7,193 nt of DNA from Prasinococcaceae sp. CCMP 1430 (GCA_013416795.1 RQSC01000746.1:1-7193); one strand, 5' to 3'. Shown: positions 1 through 6,808, counted from the first letter of the stretch. Notes: generated from the sequence alone by a model not told the origin. Made by a program: numbers and translations.

Positions 1-174
1 GCCGATATGGTAAATACGAGAATGCTCATAACTTTTGCCTCCGGCCATGAAATTACATCGGGTTAATTGCTACGTGCTCGCTTTTCAATGACGAACACGC
101 TGATCTAATTCTTGGCGCCTATCGCCCAGTATTCCGCCAGTTCTCGGCATTTCCCTGCCCAGCAGATACCGCTA

Positions 175-202
175 TTTTCCGGGGCTGTTTCTTTTCCGGG
201 GC
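175..202 (+). repeat. 11-bp direct repeat TTTTCCGGGGC x2 just upstream of ORF1 (probable 5' UTR)
   Basis: Exact copies at 175-185 and 192-202, 17 bp apart and about 30 nt before ATG 233. Confidence 0.55.
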
Positions 203-232
203 GACATAGTATACGTGATATTGATCGTAGCT

Positions 233-1408
233 ATGGACACAATGGAGGCAACGTCTTCCGCAGTTGACGCTCGTTCGAAGGATGACCTTATTGCCGCAAA
301 CAAAATCGCAATCGATGCCGTAAACGCCGGGAAAGACGCTTCTAAGCGGGCCAAAATTTCGGAAGCAGTGGCTATGGTGGCTGAGGAAACTCCCTCGCTT
401 GCTAACTCTGCATCAACCTCCACGCCTGCAACCCCTCGCCTGACGCCGGCTGCCATCGCTGCTTTTTTCAGCATGTCGGCCATCCAAGCGATGAGCGTTC
501 TCGAGGCCCGTAGCACCGCCCATCCGGATAGCCTGACCCGCAATCAGCATGGCATAGCTATGGAGGCTGACAAGTCCGACTGGAAGCACTGGCCTTTGCC
601 TGCCCTCCGCGCTGCCTGCCTGTTTACGTGCTGCCCTGAACTGTGCGAGCCGCTGGCTGCGGCCATCGCTGCTCCCGCCCCAGCCGACGACGCTACCGGG
701 ACGCTGCACGGCTTGACGCAGTCTCTCCTTTCTGTGCAGGCCGACATCAAGGCCATGGCTGCTGCTTCCAAGGCCACGGCGGCCTCTATGCTGGAGCTCA
801 AGATGGCCATGGCAAAAGCCCCCTCGCAGCAAACGTTTGCCACCATGACCGGTAAGAACCTGGATGCCCTCGTCAAGAAGGTTGCTACGTCCACGGCCAC
901 CGCTGTCGTGACCCAGAATGTTGCACAGCTTCGCCAACGCAATATCGTCCTCAAGAACTTCATGGTGAAGGACAGGCCCAAGAACGAAACTGCAGAGCAA
1001 CTCCTCACCTTGCTGCGCGGCCCCGGTTTCCTGGGCACGCTGCAGCTCGGCAACGGTGCCACCATTGAACGTGCCATCCGACTGCCTGGCCCTCTGGGCC
1101 TGGTTATTGTCACCATGGCGTCGATGCACGACAAGCGACGGGTGCTCGAGGCTCGCCGGTTGCTGCAGTCCACCGAGATCAGCATGGACGAGGACTACAC
1201 ACCCGCCCAGCTCAAGGCGAGGAGCGCGGTTTGGTCGCACGAGGCGGTCGCGGCGGTGAGGAAGGAGTACACGGTCGGGGGTAAGCGTGTGCAGATCCGC
1301 CTGATGCAGGATGGCCATTTCCAGGCGTTCTTCAATGGTGTTATGATCCACACCGGTCCTCCAGAATCTCGTGGCGAGAAGCGTTCTGCAGGGGCAGGTT
1401 CCGGATAG
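233..1408 (+). CDS. LINE ORF1 protein (391 aa from ATG 233): putative nucleic-acid-binding/chaperone protein with coiled coil and RRM-like domain
   Basis: A 4-3 hydrophobic heptad pattern (LTQSLLSVQADIKAMAAASKATAASMLELKMAMAK, about 713-817) is followed by TFATM and then RQRNIVLKNF...ETAEQLL...IERAIRL...LVIVTM...DKRRVLEARRLL...ISMDEDYT (about 932-1201). This matches the RxxNxxxxG...I.RAHR...IIVKF...K..IL..AR.L...I.I.EDLT pattern of L1/CR1/L2-type ORF1p. The track's GTG start at 215 is unlikely in a eukaryote. ATG 233 (gctATGG) and ATG 242 (acaATGG) both have a purine at -3 and G at +4. Confidence 0.8.
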   Translation: MDTMEATSSAVDARSKDDLIAANKIAIDAVNAGKDASKRAKISEAVAMVAEETPSLANSASTSTPATPRLTPAAIAAFFSMSAIQAMSVLEARSTAHPDSLTRNQHGIAMEADKSDWKHWPLPALRAACLFTCCPELCEPLAAAIAAPAPADDATGTLHGLTQSLLSVQADIKAMAAASKATAASMLELKMAMAKAPSQQTFATMTGKNLDALVKKVATSTATAVVTQNVAQLRQRNIVLKNFMVKDRPKNETAEQLLTLLRGPGFLGTLQLGNGATIERAIRLPGPLGLVIVTMASMHDKRRVLEARRLLQSTEISMDEDYTPAQLKARSAVWSHEAVAAVRKEYTVGGKRVQIRLMQDGHFQAFFNGVMIHTGPPESRGEKRSAGAGSG

Positions 1409-1441
1409 GCAGTACACCTTCCTTCGCGACTCGCGGCTAAC

Positions 1442-1474
1442 AGGCTTCGGGGACAGCCTTTTAAAACAGTCCCC
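1442..1474 (+). promoter_or_regulatory. Predicted H-type RNA pseudoknot in the inter-ORF spacer
   Basis: Stem 1: AGGCU (1442-1446) pairs with AGCCU (1455-1459). Stem 2: GGGGAC (1449-1454) pairs with GUCCCC (1469-1474). Loop 1 is UC, there is no nucleotide at the junction, and loop 3 is UUUAAAACA. All 11 pairs are Watson-Crick. Folded by eye; function is inferred. Confidence 0.5.
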
Positions 1475-1489
1475 CCCCAGTCCACCTCC

Positions 1490-4400
1490 ATGCATCGGCC
1501 CAGTCGATTGATTCACATGGTGGTGCCAGTATTCCGGGCCCGAACGAGACCTCTGAGCAGCAAAATCAGCAACTTACAACGCATGCTGGATTACCAGCGC
1601 CTTTGCGTTGCCCAATCCTCACCGGATACCACGAGCAGACGGAAGGGGCGCATCCTCCGAATGCAAGACAAGGTTAATGCGCTGAAAAGCAGTATTCCAA
1701 CCATTCCCATTTCCATTTCCGCCTCCCCACCTCCACCCCCACGTACCACTGCATCCATCCCCATCTCATGTCCTCCCCTATTGGGCCAGCTGGCGACGCT
1801 GGCCCTAGGAACATTTAACACGCGCACTTTATTGGCTTCCAGCGGCCATGGCTACAGAATTGAGGAGCTCGTTGATTTTTGCACCCAAAAACGCATCTCT
1901 ATTTTGGGTGTGCAAGAACACCGCCGCACGGTGAAGATCGCTGGCCAGGTCGAGACGCAGCACTTGGCGGGAGGCTGGCGTTTCTACTTCGCTGACAGCG
2001 GGACGCCAGGCGTCGGCGGGGTCGGCCTCTTATGCTCCCCATGGGCGGCGGCCAGCTTAAAGGAGCTCAAGCTCTTAAACTCTCGCCTCATGGTGGCCCA
2101 CTTCGACTCCTACGAGGGGCACTCCAAGCATCGACTCACGGTTGGGGTAGGTTATGCTCCCCACTGTGGCCTGCTCATTGACGACCGCCAGAAGTTTTTC
2201 GAGGACCTTCATATCCTCGAAGGGGCTACCTCAGCCCGCAACTTCCTGGTCCTGTTGCTGGACGCCAACGCCACTCTGCCGGTGGGCACTGCTGGCTGCC
2301 GCTACGCCCCCGACAGCACCACCGCCAACGCCAACACACCCCTGTTCTCCTCCTTTTTGCAGGAGAGCGGGCTGGTGGCTGCCAACTGTCACTTCCAACG
2401 TCCCTCGCAGGACTTGGTGACTTTTCGTGGCCCCAACGCCCGCGCGGTATGTCTGGACTACGTGGTGGTACGGCAGTCCAGGTGTGCCTCGGTGCTGAAT
2501 ACCCGAGTGTACGACCCGCCTACGGTGTCTTCCGACCACCGGCTGGTGAGTGTGCACCTTCGGTTTCGGTTTGAGGCACCCCCGCGCCGCGCCCAAGTGG
2601 CCCGACCTGACTGGACTGCGCTCCGCCCGGTCCCCGGCGACCCCAAGGACTGGACCGCCGACGAGCACGACCGGAACTGGTGTCGACGGTCGTACCTGGA
2701 GGCCCTCGGGGCCGCGACCGCCGCCGACGCGCTGGACCAGGGTGCTGACTCCGCCGCCACCTTTGCCGACGTTGCCGCCCGCGCTCCGGCGCTGGCGGCC
2801 CTGCACCTGCCGGCTCAGCTCCGCCGCCGCGCAGTCCCGGTTTTCCGACGGGACCCCGCGGTCGCGGCCGCCCGGCGGTGCTACACCCGCAACAGGGACC
2901 CGCTGCTGAAGGACGGGCTTCGGGCCGCCCTTGTCGGGGCCTACGCCAGTGCCAAGGACGTGGAGGCCGTTCGGTGTCTCGCGGACGCCAAGGCTTCCCA
3001 AGCCCTCAACAAAGGTAAAGAGATGTGGGATCACCTTGACCGTTTCGGTGGTCGTCGGCACTGGAGCCGCACTCGTGTGGAGCACACGGGGGACGGCGCG
3101 GCGCCGGTTAGCCTGGACACGTGGCTGGCCCACAACGTCACCCTGACGGGGGTGGCCCGCGCCCCCCCCCCGCTTCACCCCGCCACGACCGTCCGCCTTG
3201 GTGGTGCCGACGGTCCGCCGCCGCCGCCCACGGCGCCCGCCTCGGACGCGGACTACCAAGTCCCCGCCCTGAAGGAGGGCTGCCTCGCCACCAACGGCGT
3301 CGTCCACCCCTTCACCTTGGAGGAGCTGGACGCCGCCCTTGCCCGCCTGCGGTACGACGCGGCGGTCGGCGCTGATGGTCTGTCCGCCGAGCTGCTCAAG
3401 ACCCCCGACCCCGCGGTCCGGGATCTTCTGCTGGCGTTCTGCAACCGGGCTCTGCTTTCTGATGAGCCCCCGCCAGCTGAGTGGAAGACGGCCATCCGCG
3501 TCATGCTGTACAAGAAGGGCTCTACTGCTGACCCCGGTAACTATCGGGGTGTCTGCCTCCAGAGCGCCGCGCTGAAGGTCTTCATGCGCATGCTGCTTCA
3601 CCGGCTCCGCGCCGCGCTGGACCCTCACCTGGGTGAGTCCCAGATGGGTTTCCGTAGTGGCCGCAACACTGTCATGGCTGTCTTCGTCGCGCGCCGGCTG
3701 ATGGAGGAGGTGCGTCGACTTTGTCCTGATGGGTTCCCGCTGTGCTTCGTTTTCGTCGACTACGTCAAGGCTTTTGACACGGTCCTCTGGGAGGCCCTCT
3801 GGGCCATCCTCGCTTTGGATCGTGTGCCACCAACAGTTATTGCTGCCATTCGCCGGCTCTATGAGGGCTCACAGGCGGTAGTGCGCACTGAGGAAGGCAC
3901 CACACTACCATTCCCCCTTCACAACGGGGTGTGGCAAGGTTGTGTCCTGTCCCCATACCTGTTCATTATCGTCGTGGACCACGTCATGCGCCAGGCACGT
4001 GCACGCTTTCTCGCCCTTAAGAAGTTCGAGCCTGGCTTGATTATTGAGAACCATGTCGCCGAGGGCGGCGGCATTGGGTACCGCCTGTCAGACCTGATTT
4101 ATGCCGACGACACCACCCTCATCGAACGGCCCGAGCACATGCAGACCTGGTTGGACTGCCTGGGCTTGGAGGCGCGGGCGGTAGGGCTGGAGATTAGTGT
4201 TAAAACGGAGGCGATGGTGCTTGGGGTTTCCATTACCCCGCCGAAACTCCTGCTGCTGGACGGGTCGGAGCTGCAGTACCGGGAGAGCTTCAAACTGCTG
4301 GGGAGCGTGCTCCCGGGCACGGAGGCCGACCTGAACGCCCGCATTGGCCTGGCCTGGGCCAAGCTCCGCTCGCTCAACGCCTACTGGCACTCACCGCACC

Positions 4401-4972
4401 TCAGTGAGGACCGTAAGCGCATGCTGTTCAAGGTCCTGGTCCTCACGGTGCTCACGTACGGGGCCGAGGCCTGGACGCTCACGGCTCAGTTGAACTCTAG
4501 GCTAGATGGCACGGTTTACCGGATGCTCCGGGCGGCACTGCACGTAGGGTTTGACACACACAGGACCTCAGCTTCTTTGTATAAGGGTATGCCTCTCCTT
4601 TCGGCCGAGATTAGACAGCGTAGAGTAGCATTTGCTGGCCACCTTGCTCGCACCAACCAGGTAGATACCGCCCTTGGCCGGGCCAGCCCCCTACGGGTTG
4701 GCCAGCCTGGGCGGGCTGTCTTGACCTGGCCTGGACCTAAGGACATCCCCAAGAGGGTTGGCCGCCCGCACATCACCTATACCACCCAGTTGCTGGCCGA
4801 CCTCGAGGTCCCAGCCGAGCTTAAACACCGTATCCATTCCCTTTCCACTGCATGGCGTATCATGCAGAACAAGGAGAAATGGAAGGTCATTGTCCAGGCC
4901 CATGCACCTGAACCTGTTGGTGACCCCCTCCCCACCGGGCGGCGGGGGAACCGGGCAGATAGAGTGCTTTGA
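1490..4972 (+). CDS. LINE ORF2 polyprotein: APE endonuclease + reverse transcriptase (1160 aa; true start uncertain)
   Basis: Uninterrupted ORF. APE motifs: GTFNTRTL, LGVQEHR, GVGGVGLL, VGYAPH, LLDANA, CLDYVVV, SSDHRLV. RT motifs: WKTA...LYKKG...PGNYRGVCL, QMGFRSGRNT, FVDYVKAFDTV, GVWQGCVLSPYLF, YADD (4100-4111), FKLLGSV. Ends at TGA 4970-4972. Confidence 0.97.
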   Translation: MHRPSRLIHMVVPVFRARTRPLSSKISNLQRMLDYQRLCVAQSSPDTTSRRKGRILRMQDKVNALKSSIPTIPISISASPPPPPRTTASIPISCPPLLGQLATLALGTFNTRTLLASSGHGYRIEELVDFCTQKRISILGVQEHRRTVKIAGQVETQHLAGGWRFYFADSGTPGVGGVGLLCSPWAAASLKELKLLNSRLMVAHFDSYEGHSKHRLTVGVGYAPHCGLLIDDRQKFFEDLHILEGATSARNFLVLLLDANATLPVGTAGCRYAPDSTTANANTPLFSSFLQESGLVAANCHFQRPSQDLVTFRGPNARAVCLDYVVVRQSRCASVLNTRVYDPPTVSSDHRLVSVHLRFRFEAPPRRAQVARPDWTALRPVPGDPKDWTADEHDRNWCRRSYLEALGAATAADALDQGADSAATFADVAARAPALAALHLPAQLRRRAVPVFRRDPAVAAARRCYTRNRDPLLKDGLRAALVGAYASAKDVEAVRCLADAKASQALNKGKEMWDHLDRFGGRRHWSRTRVEHTGDGAAPVSLDTWLAHNVTLTGVARAPPPLHPATTVRLGGADGPPPPPTAPASDADYQVPALKEGCLATNGVVHPFTLEELDAALARLRYDAAVGADGLSAELLKTPDPAVRDLLLAFCNRALLSDEPPPAEWKTAIRVMLYKKGSTADPGNYRGVCLQSAALKVFMRMLLHRLRAALDPHLGESQMGFRSGRNTVMAVFVARRLMEEVRRLCPDGFPLCFVFVDYVKAFDTVLWEALWAILALDRVPPTVIAAIRRLYEGSQAVVRTEEGTTLPFPLHNGVWQGCVLSPYLFIIVVDHVMRQARARFLALKKFEPGLIIENHVAEGGGIGYRLSDLIYADDTTLIERPEHMQTWLDCLGLEARAVGLEISVKTEAMVLGVSITPPKLLLLDGSELQYRESFKLLGSVLPGTEADLNARIGLAWAKLRSLNAYWHSPHLSEDRKRMLFKVLVLTVLTYGAEAWTLTAQLNSRLDGTVYRMLRAALHVGFDTHRTSASLYKGMPLLSAEIRQRRVAFAGHLARTNQVDTALGRASPLRVGQPGRAVLTWPGPKDIPKRVGRPHITYTTQLLADLEVPAELKHRIHSLSTAWRIMQNKEKWKVIVQAHAPEPVGDPLPTGRRGNRADRVL
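1799..2566 (+). other. Apurinic/apyrimidinic-type (EEP family) endonuclease domain of ORF2
   Basis: Runs from LALGTFN to SDHRLVSVHLRF. The expected catalytic N, E, Y, D-x-N, D and DH residues are all present. Confidence 0.9.
3479..4309 (+). other. Reverse transcriptase domain of ORF2
   Basis: Non-LTR RT motifs appear in order from EWKTA to FKLLGSV, including the catalytic YADD. Boundaries are approximate. Confidence 0.93.
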
Positions 4973-5018
4973 TCTGTTTGGTAGATTAGTTTGTTAGATT
5001 AGTTTGTTAGATTAGTTT
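4971..5018 (+). repeat. 3' tandem-repeat tail of the LINE, 13-bp unit GATTAGTTTGTTA, about 3.7 copies
   Basis: Units: gatctgtttggta (4971-4983, degenerate), gattagtttgtta (4984-4996), gattagtttgtta (4997-5009), gattagttt (5010-5018). RTE-group elements end in tandem repeats rather than poly(A). Confidence 0.88.
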
Positions 5019-5111
5019 TCGCGGCTCAGCCACCATCCACCCCCATCAGTCCATGGAATATATGCTACATGATCTCCCAACGGAGTAATGTTATAATTTA
5101 ATTTAATTTAA

Positions 5112-5125
5112 CCCGTGTTTTTTTA
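5112..5125 (+). repeat. Left terminal inverted repeat CCCGTGTTTTTTTA
   Basis: Exact reverse complement of 6834-6847 and immediately preceded by TTAA. Confidence 0.88.
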
Positions 5126-5174
5126 CAACGCGATACATCGCGTTGTAGGGTTACAACGCGATGTATCGCGTTGT
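5125..5174. repeat. Left subterminal double palindrome: ACAACGCGAT-ac-ATCGCGTTGT, agggtt spacer, ACAACGCGAT-gt-ATCGCGTTGT
   Basis: Each 22-mer (5125-5146 and 5153-5174) has perfect 10-bp arms, and the second is the exact reverse complement of the first. Confidence 0.9.
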
Positions 5175-6808
5175 GATCTGACACATGGCAAACCTAGTAA
5201 ACATGAGATTTTCGGTCTCAGACTCTGAACACAGGCTAGTTACATCCAATAGAATTCAAGAAAAAATCCTGGTATTTTCGGTATTTTTTTTGTGACAGCT
5301 GCATGCAAAAATATACCACTGAAATCAGGCCATTTCGCGGGACGAAGGTGAAGACGACGGCGATGGCGGCAGGTGGATCTCGCCAGTTTTCGCGCGAATT
5401 TTCGTGGCTGTCATGTGGCACGGCCATCAAGATGCGTTTAACGGTTGATAATTAGCTTTTTACTATGTTGGCGGCGTATTGGGTGGCAAGGACAACGCAG
5501 ATTAGTCCAGTTTCTCGCCGCTTTTTAGCGGAAATTCCCGAAACCGGCATACACACCATGACGGCAAGACTCGGGTGTGCTGCGGCACCATGCTTGGTTT
5601 TCCCATGGTATATCGACTCCATAACTTATGTTTAATCATTCTGAACGCCCGGACGCTCAGCTAAACCGGGATTCGTGCAGTCTCTTATTGCATAGCGCAG
5701 GCATGCTGGTGCCTGCAAATAGCGGTAATGCGTCACCGTGGCTATAGCTATGGTATGCTGTATTTTCCTGGAAATGGCTTGCGCCACCGGCTCAGTAGTG
5801 CTTGCAGGCGTAAGTATATCGTGTTTCTACCTAGTTTCTGCCAGTTTTCCACTGAATTCTGCCGACCTCTGCCCAGCCTCTCTAAAACCGCCATCCTAAT
5901 CGATGCTGCTTGCATGTCAGCCATAGCAGGGTGCAGTTGTGCAGTATTTAGGTTCTGTATACGTCGCCAAGCCGTGTATATATTATGAGGATTGAATATT
6001 GGTGGTTTCTGCTGCGTTGATTGTGCAATAAAATCAGCTAGGTGCCCATAATCATGGTGTATAATCATGTGTTGTTAGCATCTTGCCACCATTTGCTAGC
6101 ATGCATTCCAGCGTTATCTTTGCCTGCATGTAAGCTCATGGATCACTCAGCCTATCCAAGCCTTGCATTGCATGTTCCTCTTTCTTTCAGTATTGCACCG
6201 TTACGGAATGGAAACTCGGCACCTCCCTTCCCATGAGGCACGTGCACAACATGTTGTGAGAGTGGATGATGCTTTGGCTATGGCTGCCTGATGTAGTCAT
6301 ATAGTGTCATCCAGTTATGATATCTGATGCATGTTTGATGTTGTATAACTTATACACCACCTGTTCTCAACGTTTTGACCCTCCTAGCTCATTATGGCCC
6401 CATGTACGGGGCTTGTGCCATTGCGTAATGTTGTGAAGAGTTCTCATTATTCCCACTGCGTTGTATTGCGTTGTACTTGTGATGCTTATGAAAAATAGCT
6501 CCAGTGGCCAAATGGGCCTGAGTTTTGTTCCACAAAGTCTGCATATGTTGCCCATAGCTCATGCAAAAAGCCAGATTTTTTACATGAACCATTTCTGAAT
6601 AAACACATGACTTGCCACCTAGGGTCAACAAATTGCGGTCATGATCAGACCCCCCTGTATTCAGAGCAGTGTATCTCTCTATTGAATAAGAATTTGGCAT
6701 GTCTGAATAGCTCAAAAAATCCTTTGATTTATGGGCTTTCAGAAAAGTATATACATGACTATGAAAAAAAAATTCCCCTAGAAGTTATACGCGTTCTAAA
6801 AATAGCTT

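Larger units (their letters stand above)
233..5018 (+). mobile_element. Non-LTR retrotransposon (LINE), RTE group, RTE-X/RTEX-like; two intact ORFs plus 3' tandem-repeat tail. The 5' UTR extends an undetermined distance upstream of 233.
   Basis: ORF1 (coiled coil + RRM-like) followed by APE-RT ORF2 and a tandem tail, with no LTRs, integrase, RNase H or CCHC knuckle. The C-terminal segments LTYGAEAWTLT, RLDGTVYRMLRAAL, IRQRRVAFAGH, VGRPHITY and QNKEKWK follow the RTE/RTE-X pattern as I recall it. Presence of an ORF1 favours RTEX over classic single-ORF RTE. Clade assignment is by motif recognition, not phylogeny. Confidence 0.93.

Noticed and set aside
215-232. GTG start of ORF1 given by the ORF track
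   Set aside because: The element is eukaryotic, and two in-frame ATGs in strong context follow at 233 and 242.
1406-1408. Alternative nuclear genetic code (TAG/TAA read as Gln) as an explanation for the single in-frame TAG
   Set aside because: No other in-frame TAG or TAA occurs in about 1580 codons despite many CAG/CAA codons. A reassigned code would be expected to show more.
1459-1467. TTTTAAAAC as a -1 frameshift slippery site
   Set aside because: It is not in X XXY YYZ phase with the ORF1/ORF2 frame, it lies after the stop and inside the pseudoknot loop, and no frameshift is needed because the ORFs are in frame.
1409-1489. HDV-like ribozyme in the inter-ORF spacer (hairpin followed by GCUAA resembles P4-J4/2)
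   Set aside because: No P3/L3 or P1.1 GG could be fitted; the topology is a simple two-stem pseudoknot.
413-1516. 367-aa minus-strand ORF opposite ORF1, and other overlapping minus-strand ORFs (172-543, 544-1185)
   Set aside because: Antisense shadows of a GC-rich coding strand, with no recognisable motifs.
2231-3628. 465-aa minus-strand ORF opposite ORF2
   Set aside because: Lies over the most GC-rich part of ORF2, where stops are rare. The product is low-complexity (G/V/R/Q) with no domain signature.
5147-5152. AGGGTT spacer resembling a telomeric repeat
   Set aside because: A single 6-bp occurrence with no tandem array.
6392-6715. LNTGGSDHDRNL in a minus-strand ORF, faintly like the piggyBac YNxxMGGVDxxD motif
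   Set aside because: Too few identities and no flanking transposase motifs, so it is compatible with chance. A tblastn or HMM search with piggyBac transposases would settle it.
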